Positions 49,634-64,000 of a stretch of 64,000 nt of DNA are shown here, one piece after another. Source of the stretch: Balanoglossus misakiensis (lineage: Eukaryota; Animalia; Hemichordata); the NCBI GenBank assembly GCA_040954595.2, contig CM082587.2, positions 10,855,403-10,919,402 on the forward strand, given 5' to 3'. The notes beneath the pieces are model-generated. The model saw nothing but the letters and a program-made list of their open reading frames with translations. It was not told the origin of the DNA and ran no database searches. Both the position numbers and the translations under genes were made by a program. Position 1 is the stretch's first letter. Each line of letters opens with the position of its first letter.

Positions 49634-50398
49634 GGCTAGTTATACTTTGCGAAACAACGAAACAGCGAAACGAAACAGCGAAACGACGAAACCATTATTA
49701 AAATAGGGGCCAGTCATCAAGACGGTGGCGTATTATTATTTTAAAAGTTTCCAAATAAGTTCCTGGTCTGCGGCCTGGTACTAGTGGTTGCGCGCCAAAA
49801 AAGAATCCCGCCCCAAAAGGTCAATGTACGAGTATATTCACAGGGCTAAGGATTAGTTGAAACAAAGCAGTAGTGTCCGTAAGCTTTCGAGGGTCAAACA
49901 CTGATGGGGGGTAAGAGTAGTAGTTATATATAGAAAAACATGTAACTCACACAACACAGTATCATTGTCGAAATTTCTTTATTATCTTAATTGCAATTCA
50001 TGCCTCCCCGCCTTGTGGTATTTAAGGAAATAGTGTCAGTTGCTGCCGCATTTTGAGGTTTCGATCTGTTGTGGTTTCGTTGTGCGCGCGCGTATATTCA
50101 CTGTGTATATGTAGCAGTTTGGATGAATCGTTTGCGCGCACACGACGTCGACTCTACCACTACATAGTACCAGGCCGCAGACCAGGAACTGGCGACCCGC
50201 CGTTTGTTTCCAACGCCAAATTCTAATGTTGAATTTCCGAGAAAACAATTTATCTGACCTGTAGTTTTCTTGGCTCGCTTACGTTTTAATTTGGAAACTT
50301 TAAAAAAAATCATACGCCACCGTCTTGGTGACTGGCCCCTATTTTAATAATGGTTTCGTCGTTTCGCTGTTTCGTTGTTTCGCAAAGTATAACTAGCC
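49634..50398. mobile_element. Merlin-like MITE
   Basis: TIRs of ~110-120 bp beginning GGCTAGTTATACTTTGCGAAAC, with CGAAAC subrepeats. Perfect 8-bp TSD ACAAATGT. It is absent from the left arm. Confidence 0.85.
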
Positions 50399-53300
50399 AC
50401 AAATGTGACAGAGTTTGCAGTTGTGCAAGATAGTGTGTATTATTCACATAAGAATTTTTTCGTATGCATTTATCTGATGGCAATGCATTTGACTGTAAAC
50501 AAATATGGATGTCAGTTAGTAGTGCTATTTTGTCAGTGAAATGGCTTCATCATCATCCCTCCAACCAAAGTTGAAACAGAGTTGCAAATATTGCACAGCT
50601 TGAAATCATAAAATGTTGCAAAATTGAACCAACCGTTTGGTCAACGATTATGTTCTTACAGCTATTATTAGAACCAGACAGTCTCAGGGAACAAGAGACA
50701 TGGGCCTGATTTGCAAGTTGAGTTAGAACTGCCTTTGCCTGCCCACGGACGCCCCAATTTCAGCAAAAATTATTGCATTAAAATATGAGTATGGAGAACT
50801 ATGCTCTGTGTTTCTTTTGTTAGCTTACATAGCTGTTGTCATTCTAGTTTTTCCTCCGTCCTGTGAGCAGAGTTTCAGTTGCGAAAACCGACAGTTCTCA
50901 AAGTACAAAAGTACACCTAAATTGCCTCGGTGATGAGCATGCAGAATTTATCTGATGCTTCTTACTGGCAGAAGGACCCCACCAGTTGCAGATTGTGAAT
51001 TCCATGGCACAAGGGAATTTACACTTTGCGTTCAAATATAAATAATTAAATCCTGTAAAATTATTCTATATGTTATTTATTGATGGTTCAAAAGTGTTAT
51101 GACTGATTGTGTTAGAGTACCTGTATTCCATATAAGCATGCTGTCAGTGCACATCCGATTGATAACAATTTCACATTTTTAAAAATTTGCTTCTCTGAAT
51201 AATTATGAATACATAAAACTTCATATGATATAAATTGTCCTGATATCGTAAACATTAAGGTAGTTGGACAGGCTAGGGCGTCAGTTAAAATTTCATTTAA
51301 AAACACTGAATTTATATCTAGAAATGTATTAGAGAAAAATTAAACTCATTCGGGGCAATAAACGTGTAACAAGATATGGCTGGTTTTATGATACCTAATT
51401 TCATTCATCTGGCAAGGAAGCTAGGGAGCCTTATTTGAGCGCCCTCTAGGGAAAGACTTCTCCTAGGCTATGCGCACAAGGACGGGTTCCCCTAGCCAAG
51501 GGCATTTAAATGTAACTTGCAAACACTGATTCTTGCAATTTTCAACGATAGATAACCTTGCTTGTTTATTAAAGGCTGCCAAATTATGGACATTTTTGCA
51601 TTTCTAGGGATCCCGAAAAGCCAGCGGAAAAGCGTTTGACCCAGATAAATGCGATCCTTCGCCGTGAACTGCCGCTAAACTTTGCGTATTTCGCTACTTT
51701 TCTGCCCTTCGCCATAATGTAATGGTTTTTATTTGTGATTGAATAGGTATGCCAGATATTTTTTTTATCATGAAACTTTCAGGAAAGGCTCGGGACATCC
51801 CAAAGAACAATTTTACGGGACAGTTTTTTCATAAGTTTTCCCGTTGTGTTTTGGCAGCACGTTAAAGTTGTATACAAAAAATCAACAAAAACTGTGTTTT
51901 CCTGAGTGATAACTTTGAAAAAAAGTTTTTGCTGAAAGTGTCCCATACATTGCTGGAGGGGTTGCTTCATATTAAAATGAATACAAATTATTCAATAATT
52001 TGTGAAAACATGTCAAGATTCAATCAATATTTTGTAAAATTATGAATATTTATATTTAGGCGTATCAAATTTCATAATTTTAGCAGATATTTTTACAGTC
52101 ATATTTTTCCCTCACTTTTTAGTTTGTTAAGAACACATGCTGCAAATTTCAAGTCATTATCTTTATTCTAACTTGTGAAAATAAATTCACAAACATTGAG
52201 AGAATTTGCTTCAAAAATAGCCTTTCCAACTACCTTAAACCCCGATGCGTGGTATAAAAGACCCCCCAAATCAGTGGCGAATCTTAATGCCGTTTGACTG
52301 ACAACAGACAACACCAACGATCTTGGCTCTATGAAAATCGGCCCAAACAGATCCAAGCATAAAGAATTACACCACACAACGACAATGGTTGGCTTTATAA
52401 ACACACACAACATAAAGTTATCGATGAAAAAGTACACAAGCTTTTGAAACAACGATGATTTTGGGAGAAATCTGGTTTCAGTGCTTTTCAGAAGCATCCC
52501 TGGGAAACAATAACCACGCCATTCAAACAGCTGTCAATCGCATAGAGGTGTAAAGTGTTCAATTATTTTCTATGTACATGAGATCAATTACACAGTTATT
52601 ATGCACGACGACCACTCCCAAATAAACAACTGTACAAACACACGTTAATCCGAACCCCAGTACTTTCCGCACCGGGGTTTAAGGCCTAATGCTAGTGTCA
52701 CAACATTGATTACCAGACCGTTTCCCTCTGTATGTATGTATGTATGTACGTATGTATGTATGTATGCATGTATGCATGTGTTTGTGTGTGTGTGTACATG
52801 TGTGTATGCATGTTACATGTATATATGGATGTATGTCTGCCCTGATCCAAAACATGAAACCACTTCGCGTATCACCTTGATATTTGGTGTGTAGATGGGA
52901 TTTTGCTTAAATGAAGTTGTCATTGCAAAAATACGCAAATAACCTGTGAAATATGTGGAATTGATCAAAACTCAACAACTGGTTAGACTGCTTTGAACAT
53001 TTGTATGCATGTAGGTAATGTCCTTATACCTGATATACTTTGAGTTTATATCGTGAATTGTCTATTTTTTATGCAATTATTTTGTCTTGTTTTACCATTT
53101 GAAAAAAAATCTTTTCCTCTTAAAGAGATTGGCTGATTTCTTTAGAATTTAGTATGACACTTCCGGTAGGTGATCTTAGTTGGTTTTGTTTAAATTGTCG
53201 CAGAATTTGTAATCTGTCATTTTTGGTCAAAATTCATTTTCTGAGAAACTCCTTAGATTGCTTTTAAATTTTGGTATGCTTGTTCCAAGAGGTAACCCAA

Positions 53301-56300
53301 GTAATGTTGTATATCATTTTGGTGAAATTTACATATTGTGGTCTTGGGGCAATTTTTGCAATTTGTATTCTTTGAAACTACTAGTCAGATTGCTTTCAAC
53401 TTTGGTAGGCGTGGTGATTGAAGTAGATATTATACAATTTGTTGATAGTTGGATAGATGTGGTTTGAGGCAGTTTTTGTCATTGTTGAATGTTGTTTTCC
53501 CTAAAATACTTGTCTGGTTCCTTTGAAATGTTCTTACAGTAGGTCATATCTGCTTGCCAATGTCACATGATTTTTCCCATGAACACAGACATACCTAATT
53601 TTGTGTAATCCCCAGATGGGACCACAGTGTGTAATAACCTGACCAACAGTGACTAGTATATCCTGTGTGTTATACAGTACTTCTCACAAGGTTGAAGTAC
53701 ATGTAGACTGTTGATGATTTTTTGCGATTCTTCAGAAACTTACAATACAGAGTCTAATGTGGTAATGTCCATGGTCACATTCAGAACTACCTAGTCTATG
53801 CCCGGCAGTGTTCTGTCCGCTTTGCTTCCAAAACTAATGTCTGGCCTCACTCATGCCACTTGCCCAATAAACTAATACCCCTTGCTGGGAATTATGATGT
53901 AACTAGCGTCGCTTTGAAGCCTATCACATTACTGAACAGTGTTGATTTGGTGTAAGATTATAGTGAAGGCAGGGCTTATTACATTGAAAATGCTACACAA
54001 CCTTAATTACACGTATGTATATCCTTTGTCTAATCATTGGAAAAACAATGTACATGTACCAAAGACTAAGTAGCTATTTGAAGGTGAATCGCAAGTGGGC
54101 ACTTTCATTACTTAACCTCAAGCAGTCGGTTAGCTACCGTATACTAAGACAAACATTCCTGGTGTAATTAACATCACTGTCATTAGTAATATCTATCTCC
54201 AATCAGTATCAGTTCTGCCTTTATGTTATTTTAAGTCAATTGTCAAGGTTCATGTACATATATTACAGCTTAACTGTCTTGTCAAAAACTTACGCATGTA
54301 CATGTACCTAATTCTAGGCTTACCTGTAGGGTTAGAGATACAGTATTTTATATTAATATGCATTAATATGAAACTAAAATTTGATGGTTAATTTAAGACC
54401 CCCCTGAGCAATGGTAACCTCGTTAAATATGTGCATATCTAATTCTAGGCTATTCAGCTGAAGTAGAAACCTGGACATGGACAACTTCGGGGTCAAAATC
54501 TTTTGACAAACATTTGTGTGATCTTGGGTAAACTTTGACCTACATTCCTATATTTTAGCATCCGGAGCAGATACAACCTTGACACTTGGAGTGATGGAAC
54601 TATTTGATTGAGTATTATGTCTTGCCTCATTAATTATGTACTTACCTAATGCCAGCCTAACCAATAGGGCTGGAAGTCTGGCTTTTTGGACATGATAAAT
54701 TTGAGATCAACATTTTTCTACAGCAGCCAGCCTTCTCCTAAAAAGAATGGACAATATAAAGGCTTTGATGGTATACTGAACTTTTGACTCCCTCCCTGAG
54801 ACTGTGTGCCAATGACGGGATAGCCTACTCAGCGTTGGGTAGATCCTAAGAAGGCCTCAGCCAGGCATCAAATACAAAAAGCGGAAATCCAAGCTTTAAT
54901 GGTGGGTTACATCGTTAACTTCCCTGCAGAGCTGATTTCTCAGACTGTGAGCCAATGACAGGTAAAGCCTCTAGGTAGGGGCCACCTAAGACAGGCCGGT
55001 CATGCTTTAATCACAAAGAAGGGCAAGTTCAGTCTTACCACAACTTTGTCTGCTGTATATGCTTCATAAAGATTGCAGAGTATTTTGAGAATACATTGTG
55101 TTAAGGCAGTGTGACCAGCTAAAATGTACTGGCAAACACAGCCAATGTGTAATGAAAAACATCTAATTTGGCTGAATAAAAGACACAGCAAAAGCACTGT
55201 GACTAGCTGAGACATAATACTCCATTATGCAGTTCCATCACTCCAAGTGTCAAGAATGTATCTGTGCCGGATGCCAAGATATAGGAATGTAGGTCAAAGT
55301 TTACCCAAGATCACCCAACATTTTGTCAAAAGATTTTGACCCCAAAGTTGTCCATGTCCAGGTTTCTACCGCAACTGGATAGCCTAGAATTAGATATGTA
55401 CATATTTAATGAGGTTACCATGGATCAAGGCAGTCCTAAGTAAACCATCAAATTTTTAGTTTCATGTTAATTCATGTTAATATAAAACGCTGTATCTCTA
55501 ACCCACTGGTATGCCATTCTGTGTTTCATGCTACCCAATATGGGTAAGTAGGTAAAAAGTCACCCTAGGCCATTTGAAATTTTGCTGAAAAAATCTCGTC
55601 TCTTACATATGTACATTTGGTAAAAGGGAAATTTTAATCACGGAGTAGAACATATTCATAAAAAATATTTGAGGGAAAGAAGGAAGTTTTTCATAGCTTT
55701 GGTGCTTCAAATAGTAGAGAGGTTCCCTTGTTATCCTTAGACTCAAACTCAGAGTTTCCAATCTTACAGTATTTTCATGATATTACTTTCCATCTTAGAT
55801 TTGTTCATCTAAACAAACTGACTGATAGGTATACATGAACATTTTATTGACTAATGAATGTGCCTGTATGTTGCAATTTAAAGAAGTCACACCTGTTTTA
55901 ATCAGCCTCCATATGGAGGGTACACATCGCAGAGAGATGACAAACCCCATGCAAATTCAAGTAATATGGCTCAATGGTGCTGATTTTAAAGGATAGGTGG
56001 ATGATTTGAAAAATGTTATTGTGGTAAAAGATGTGTAAAATTTGGCAGCTTGTGAGGCTTTAATTGTAAAATCTTTGAAATGTGTTTTACTCTTTAGGTC
56101 CAATTTTGTATATGTCAATATACCATTGGGACCAATGTGAAATTGTTCTAAACTCAGAAACTCAAGAAGGTACTGGTCAGATTGCTTTAGAAATTGGTGT
56201 GTATTTATGTTATTGAGACTTTATACAGATTTTGTTTTTCATTTTTGAAGTATATTTTTGGGGTGATTTTGGTCGTCATATACTCAGAAACCTCTACCCA

Positions 56301-57964
56301 CATTTTTTTTAAAATTTGGTTTGCATGTTCTTAGGTGTGATTTTATGACAATTTAACAAACCCAGTGATGGAAGTGACAATATTGTTTTTTTTTTGTTGG
56401 CAATTTCTGCCATTTTTGTCTGATTGCTTTGCAATTTAGTTTGCAGTTTCTAGGGAATTCTTACTGTGGTGCACAAAATTCACAAAGGTGATTTACTATC
56501 CTCATGCGCTTTGTTGAACTGGCTCCCTGTTGGAAAACAGACATTACAACACTCTTTGAATTGAATTCATAGCTACCAATTTATCGGGGGTGTAGCACCT
56601 TTTTTATGCCTAAAACTTTGATCGAGAACTTCAAATTAAATGCAACCCTCCAAATATTTGCAATATTTCAGGTAAAATGATATAATTTTAAAGCATAAAT
56701 TTTGATGTATTCATAATCATTAAGAGAAACACATTTTGAAAATAGAATATTAATCACACTAGCAGTCATAATATTTTTGAATCATCACTAAAGAACATAT
56801 AGAAAAATTAAACAGGTTTTAATTATTTATATTTGAATGCAAAGCGTAAATTCCCTTGTGCCATGGAATTGACAATCTGCAACTGGTGGGGTCCTTCTGC
56901 AAGTAAAAAGCATCAGATAAATTCTGCATGCTCATCACCGAGGCAATTTAGGTGTACTTTTGTACTTTGAGAACTGTCAGTTTTCGCAACTGAAACTCTG
57001 TTCACAGGACAGAGGAAAAACTAGAATGACAACAGCTATGTAAGCTAACAAAAGGAACACAGAGCATAGTTCTCCATACTCACATTTTAATGCAATAACT
57101 TTTGCTGAAACTGGGGCGTCCGTGGGCAGGCAAAGGCAGTTCTAACTCGACTTGCAAATAAGGCCCATGTCTCTTGTTCGCTGAGATTGTCTGGTTCTAA
57201 TAATAGCTGTAAGAACTTGATCATTGACCGAACTGTTGGTTCAATTTTGCAACATTTTATGATTTCAAGCTGTGCAATATTTGCAACTCTGTTTCAACTT
57301 TGGTTGGAGGGATGATGATGAAGCCATTTCACTGACAAAATAGCGCTACTGACTGATGTCAATGTTTGTTTACAGTCAAATGCATTGCCCTTATAAAAAT
57401 ACATGTGAGAAATTTCTTATGTGTATGATACACACTTTTGTGCATGACTGCAAACTCTGTTACAGTTGTGAAATTCTAAGGGTTGAATTCATTGGGTAGA
57501 ATTCATGTTTTTTGGATTCTTAAACAACCAGTCACGAAAGCTAAGTGGTTACCTCAGAGAAACTGTGTTAAATTTGGTCATCAATTGCTTTAAATCATAC
57601 AAGACATTCCCAGAGCTAAAGTTACTGCAGCAGTCAGTTTCAACTCAGCTTGCAAATTGGGATCATGTCTTGTGTTCATCGAGACTGTCTGTAGTCCAGT
57701 TGACAGTCCTATGGGGTCAATGATGAACCTACAAATGTTCTTTCCAATGAAATTGTTATAAATCTAATATTCAGGATTTGCATTCATACCTTAAACAATA
57801 TAACTGTATTGCAAATATGGCAACTCTTCTAAGTTACATTGGAACACCTTCTCGCCACTGTTTGTGCCAAAATGGTGAATAAGCTTTCATTTTCAAGCCT
57901 TAACATAGGCACCCAAAACAAGACAACAGCATTGCAAATATGGCATTTTTTGTTCAACTCTTCT

Positions 57965-58617
57965 CATTTGCATAGTCCAAAATGGCCGCCAAACTCCTCT
58001 AACATGTAAATTTCCTATGGTCGTCTTAAATAGCGTGTAGTATCGCATTTGAAGGGTTTTCATCAATATGGGTACCTAAAACAATTTCAACGTGGTTGAC
58101 ATTGCAATGTTAGACAGCTGTTCTAATTTGCATAATCTAGAATGGCCGACAAACTTCTCTAACATGTAAATTTACTATGGTTGTCTTTAATAGTGTGTAA
58201 TATCGCATTTGCAGGGTTTTCATCAATATGGGTACCTAAAACAATTTCAACGTCGTTGACATGGCAATATTAGACAGCTGTTCTAATTTGCATAATCCAA
58301 AATGGCCACCAAACTCTTCTTAAATGTAAATTTCCCTGTTTTGTCTTATATGGTGCCTAAAATCGCATTTGCAGGGTTTTCATCAATATGGGTAACTAAA
58401 ACAATTTCAGCGTGGTTGACATGGCAATATTAGACAACTGTTCTAATTTGCATAATCCAAAATGGCCGACAAACTTCTCTAACATGTAAATTTCCCTGGT
58501 TTGTCTTATATGGTGTGTAATATCGCATTTTCACGGTTTTAATTAATATGGGTACCTAAAACAATTTCAACGTGGTTGACATGGCAATATTAGACAACTG
58601 TTCTAATTTGCATAATT
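57965..58617. repeat. 160-bp tandem repeat, about 4 copies
   Basis: ACAATTTCA.CGT.GTTGAC recurs at 58081, 58241, 58401 and 58561. The inverted counterpart at ~22400-22630 has under 2 copies. Confidence 0.9.
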
Positions 58618-58982
58618 CAAACACCTGCTGGATAATTTAATTTTTGCCCTTCTTGTCCCATGATTATATGTGTAATATCTCATTTTCAATGTGTTTACAT
58701 GTATATATGCAGAATCCATTTCAAACTAAGTGGGCATATTGTAGCGCCAATCTTATTTCTTAATCCGCACCACAGAACTGATGCAAGGTTTAGGACTGGA
58801 AATGTATGTGGCCACTGGCCGACACCCCGGGCGAGAGGTCTCCAATTATTTTCAGCACGTAGTGTGCTTCCCGGTTGATAACATCAATATGTGTAAATGC
58901 CAAAAACCCGACCTATTGTAATACCAGTCAAATTTTCTTTGTCATTTACCATTTTTCTCTTGCATATGAAGGTTTTTCTTAA

Positions 58983-59558
58983 AGGTCACCTGCCATGCCC
59001 TATACAACCACGCGTAAAATCACTATTTGGGTCTTGAAGTTAACGTATGTTACTATCTTGCAATGCGTTTTGCCCCTTGTGCTTAGATAACAAGCAAGTA
59101 AAAGTGGCGGGTGGGCGTGTACCCCTAACCCAACTCAGTCGAGTTTTTTCGGCTTTTCGAAGTTCAGTCGAAGACTTATCTTGATGTGGACAAATAGTCT
59201 TTCACACCTTCGTAAATCCTCTGCCTGTAATGTGAGGCAAGGGCTTCATTTGCTTTGAACACTGTTTATATAGCTTGTCTTTGTCTGTGGACTTAATTAC
59301 TCATGGACTGCTAATTACACTTTACTGTTAGCAGAATGGTACACTAGGACGTAGTGTACTTGTTTGTCCATATGCAAATACCTTCGCCTGGCTCGAGTGC
59401 GAAGTGGCTCCCTGATCACAGGCATGAAAAAAGGTGGCAAATTCCGGCATTCGTGCACATTTTTCAGAACCGACACATTAGGCAATGCATAGACAGGTAC
59501 CCTAGGTGAGCTTTTGACGTGGAAAAATGAAAACTTTCCAAAGCATGACATGTGACCT
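58983..59558. mobile_element. Kolobok-like MITE
   Basis: TIRs AGGTCACCTGCCATGC and GCATGACATGTGACCT, with TTAA on both sides. An empty site with a single TTAA is present in the left arm at ~21960. Confidence 0.82.
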
Positions 59559-59805
59559 TTAAAGAGTACATACCCATATACATTTGTATGGGAGCACACA
59601 TCCCCACCCCCTGCCAACAATAATTGGACAACTTTATTCTACTTATACTTCTTTTTAGTCTAAACATTCATATAGAGAAGGCAACATGTTCTTGAAGCTG
59701 CTGACTATGGAAATATGATGAAGTACATTTTCCTAGTTGTACATGTACAGTATGATAGGCCCAATGTACCAATTGGAGATGTGTGCCTTACAGGCAACAT
59801 ACATG

Positions 59806-62800
59806 TAGCTCTGCATGGCCTGGTTAATCGATGTTGACGCAAAGGTTGACCCCACCAAACACTCAAAATTGATGGGCACGACACTGGCCACTAGCTCTGC
59901 ATGGCCTGGTTAATCAATGTTGACGCAAAGGCTGACCCCACCAAACACTCAAAATTGATGGGCACGACACTGGCCACTAGCTCTGCATGGCCTGGTTAAT
60001 CAATGTTGACGCAAAGGCTGACCCCACCAAACACTCAAAATTGATGGGCACGACACTGGCCACTAGCTCTGCATGGCCTGGTTAATCAATGTTGACGCAA
60101 AGGCTGACCCCACCAAACACTCAAAATTGATGGGCACGACACTGGCCACTAGCTCTGCATGGCCTGGTTAATCAATGTTGACGCAAAGGCTGACCCCACC
60201 AAACACTCAAAATTGATGGGCACGACACTGGCCACTAGCTCTGCATGGCCTGGTTAATCAATGTTGACGCAAAGGCTGACCCCACCAAACACTCAAAATT
60301 GATGGGCACGACACTGGCCACTAGCTCTGCATGGCCTGGTTAATCAATGTTGACGCAAAGGCTGACCCCACCAAACACTCAAAATTGATGGGCACGACAC
60401 TGGCCACTAGCTCTGCATGGCCTGGTTAATCAATGTTGACGCAAAGGCTGACCCCACCAAACACTCAAAATTGATGGGCACGACACTGGCCACTAGCTCT
60501 GCATGGCCTGGTTAATCAATGTTGACGCAAAGGCTGACCCCACCAAACACTCAAAATTGATGGGCACGACACTGGCCACTAGCTCTGCATGGCCTGGTTA
60601 ATCAATGTTGACGCAAAGGCTGACCCCACCAAACACTCAAAATTGATGGGCACGACACTGGCCACTAGCTCTGCATGGCCTGGTTAATCAATGTTGACGC
60701 AAAGGCTGACCCCACCAAACACTCAAAATTGATGGGCACGACACTGGCCACTAGCTCTGCATGGCCTGGTTAATCAATGTTGACGCAAAGGCTGACCCCA
60801 CCAAACACTCAAAATTGATGGGCACGACACTGGCCACTAGCTCTGCATGGCCTGGTTAATCAATGTTGACGCAAAGGCTGACCCCACCAAACACTCAAAA
60901 TTGATGGGCACGACACTGGCCACTAGCTCTGCATGGCCTGGTTAATCAATGTTGACGCAAAGGCTGACCCCACCAAACACTCAAAATTGATGGGCACGAC
61001 ACTGGCCACTAGCTCTGCATGGCCTGGTTAATCAATGTTGACGCAAAGGCTGACCCCACCAAACACTCAAAATTGATGGGCACGACACTGGCCACTAGCT
61101 CTGCATGGCCTGGTTAATCAATGTTGACGCAAAGGCTGACCCCACCAAACACTCAAAATTGATGGGCACGACACTGGCCACTAGCTCTGCATGGCCTGGT
61201 TAATCAATGTTGACGCAAAGGCTGACCCCACCAAACACTCAAAATTGATGGGCACGACACTGGCCACTAGCTCTGCATGGCCTGGTTAATCAATGTTGAC
61301 GCAAAGGCTGACCCCACCAAACACTCAAAATTGATGGGCACGACACTGGCCACTAGCTCTGCATGGCCTGGTTAATCAATGTTGACGCAAAGGCTGACCC
61401 CACCAAACACTCCAAATTGATGGGCACGACACTGGCCACTAGCTCTGCATGGCCTGGTTAATCAATGTTGACGCAAAGGCTGACCCCACCAAACACTCCA
61501 AATTGATGGGCACGACACTGGCCACTAGCTCTGCATGGCCTGGTTAATCAATGTTGACGCAAAGGCTGACCCCACCAAACACTCCAAATTGATGGGCACG
61601 ACACTGGCCACTAGCTCTGCATGGCCTGGTTAATCAATGTTGACGCAAAGGCTGACCCCACCAAACACTCCAAATTGATGGGCACGACACTGGCCACTAG
61701 CTCTGCATGGCCTGGTTAATCAATGTTGACGCAAAGGCTGACCCCACCAAACACTCAAAATTGATGGGCACGACACTGGCCACTAGCTCTGCATGGCCTG
61801 GTTAATCAATGTTGACGCAAAGGCTGACCCCACCAAACACTCAAAATTGATGGGCACGACACTGGCCACTAGCTCTGCATGGCCTGGTTAATCAATGTTG
61901 ACGCAAAGGCTGACCCCACCAAACACTCCAAATTGATGGGCACGACACTGGCCACTAGCTCTGCATGGCCTGGTTAATCAATGTTGACGCAAAGGCTGAC
62001 CCCACCAAACACTCCAAATTGATGGGCACGACACTGGCCACTAGCTCTGCATGGCCTGGTTAATCAATGTTGACGCAAAGGCTGACCCCACCAAACACTC
62101 CAAATTGATGGGCACGACACTGGCCACTAGCTCTGCATGGCCTGGTTAATCAATGTTGACGCAAAGGCTGACCCCACCAAACACTCCAAATTGATGGGCA
62201 CGACACTGGCCACTAGCTCTGCATGGCCTGGTTAATCAATGTTGACGCAAAGGCTGACCCCACCAAACACTCAAAATTGATGGGCACGACACTGGCCACT
62301 AGCTCTGCATGGCCTGGTTAATCAATGTTGACGCAAAGGCTGACCCCACCAAACACTCAAAATTGATGGGCACAACACTGGCCACTAGCTCTGCATGGCC
62401 TGGTTAATCAATGTTGACGCAAAGGCTGACCCCACCAAACACTCAAAATTGATGGGCACGACACTGGCCACTAGCTCTGCATGGCCTGGTTAATCAATGT
62501 TGACGCAAAGGCTGACCCCACCAAACACTCAAAATTGATGGGCACGACACTGGCCACTAGCTCTGCATGGCCTGGTTAATCAATGTTGACGCAAAGGCTG
62601 ACCCCACCAAACACTCCAAATTGATGGGCACGACACTGGCCACTAGCTCTGCATGGCCTGGTTAATCAATGTTGACGCAAAGGCTGACCCCACCAAACAC
62701 TCCAAATTGATGGGCACGACACTGGCCACTAGCTCTGCATGGCCTGGTTAATCAATGTTGACGCAAAGGCTGACCCCACCAAACACTCCAAATTGATGGG

Positions 62801-64000
62801 CACGACACTGGCCACTAGCTCTGCATGGCCTGGTTAATCAATGTTGACGCAAAGGCTGACCCCACCAAACACTCAAAATTGATGGGCACGACACTGGCCA
62901 CTAGCTCTGCATGGCCTGGTTAATCAATGTTGACGCAAAGGCTGACCCCACCAAACACTCAAAATTGATGGGCACAACACTGGCCACTAGCTCTGCATGG
63001 CCTGGTTAATCAATGTTGACGCAAAGGCTGACCCCACCAAACACTCAAAATTGATGGGCACGACACTGGCCACTAGCTCTGCATGGCCTGGTTAATCAAT
63101 GTTGACGCAAAGGCTGACCCCACCAAACACTCAAAATTGATGGGCACGACACTGGCCACTAGCTCTGCATGGCCTGGTTAATCAATGTTGACGCAAAGGC
63201 TGACCCCACCAAACACTCAAAATTGATGGGCACGACACTGGCCACTAGCTCTGCATGGCCTGGTTAATCAATGTTGACGCAAAGGCTGACCCCACCAAAC
63301 ACTCAAAATTGATGGGCACGACACTGGCCACTAGCTCTGCATGCCTGGTTAATCAATGTTGACGCAAAGGCTGACCCCACCAAACACTCAAAATTGATGG
63401 GCACGACACTGGCCACTAGCTCTGCATGGCCTGGTTAATCAATGTTGACGCAAAGGCTGACCCCACCAAACACTCAAAATTGATGGGCACGACACTGGCC
63501 ACTAGCTCTGCATGGCCTGGTTAATCAATGTTGACGCAAAGGCTGACCCCACCAAACACTCAAAATTGATGGGCACGACACTGGCCACTAGCTCTGCATG
63601 GCCTGGTTAATCAATGTTGACGCAAAGGCTGACCCCACCAAACACTCAAAATTGATGGGCACGACACTGGCCACTAGCTCTGCATGGCCTGGTTAATCAA
63701 TGTTGACGCAAAGGCTGACCCCACCAAACACTCAAAATTGATGGGCACGACACTGGCCACTAGCTCTGCATGGCCTGGTTAATCAATGTTGACGCAAAGG
63801 CTGACCCCACCAAACACTCAAAATTGATGGGCACGACACTGGCCACTAGCTCTGCATGGCCTGGTTAATCAATGTTGACGCAAAGGCTGACCCCACCAAA
63901 CACTCAAAATTGATGGGCACGACACTGGCCACTAGCTCTGCATGGCCTGGTTAATCAATGTTGACGCAAAGGCTGACCCCACCAAACACTCAAAATTGAT
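59806..64000. repeat. 86-bp satellite array, about 49 copies, running off the window
   Basis: Unit TAGCTCTGCATGGCCTGGTTAATCAATGTTGACGCAAAGGCTGACCCCACCAAACACTCAAAATTGATGGGCACGACACTGGCCAC. The period is 86 bp (CTAG at 59891 and 59977) and copies are near-identical. Confidence 0.97.

Larger units (their letters stand above)
48839..59799 (-). repeat. Right arm of the large diverged inverted repeat
   Basis: Begins ATTGAGCATGCGCAGTCGATACTTCAC, the reverse complement of the left-arm end at 31005. It is collinear out to 59799, with arm-specific insertions. Confidence 0.88.

Noticed and set aside
51150-52650. Insertion specific to the right arm as a defined transposon
   Set aside because: No convincing TIR pair, TSD or coding motif was found by eye.
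59806-64000. CRISPR array or coding repeat
   Set aside because: Head-to-tail near-identical 86-mers with no spacers and no long ORF; this is a satellite.

Overview
Repeat-dense eukaryotic DNA with spliceosomal introns, probably from a marine invertebrate (inference). It consists almost entirely of nested mobile elements. From left to right: (1) a Helentron-associated (HINE-like) repeat, interrupted by a complete two-gene DD37E IS630/Tc1/mariner transposon (Paired-like transposase plus a divergent SAM/zinc-knuckle ORF, ~350-bp TIRs); (2) the last two exons of a C-type-lectin gene; (3) an LTR-less Gypsy body (PHD-tipped integrase plus an extra ORF) split by a full-length but decayed DIRS retrotransposon; (4) a diverged inverted repeat with ~9-11 kb arms (21.7-31.0 kb and 48.8-59.8 kb), whose spacer holds an IS3EU-like foldback element, a pentraxin-like exon and a complete 6.9-kb Chapaev/N-RAG-TP-type transposon; (5) an 86-bp satellite running to the window end. 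The Chapaev element has CAC termini, a CACC target-site duplication and a 10-exon gene with a RAG1-like N-terminus, RING finger and DDE core. The most notable observation is in this gene. The 77-nt exon carrying the second catalytic Asp lies in one arm of a 229-bp inverted duplication, and the gene reads in frame only if that exon is skipped. All coordinates, frames and identities were read by eye; no alignments or database searches were run.
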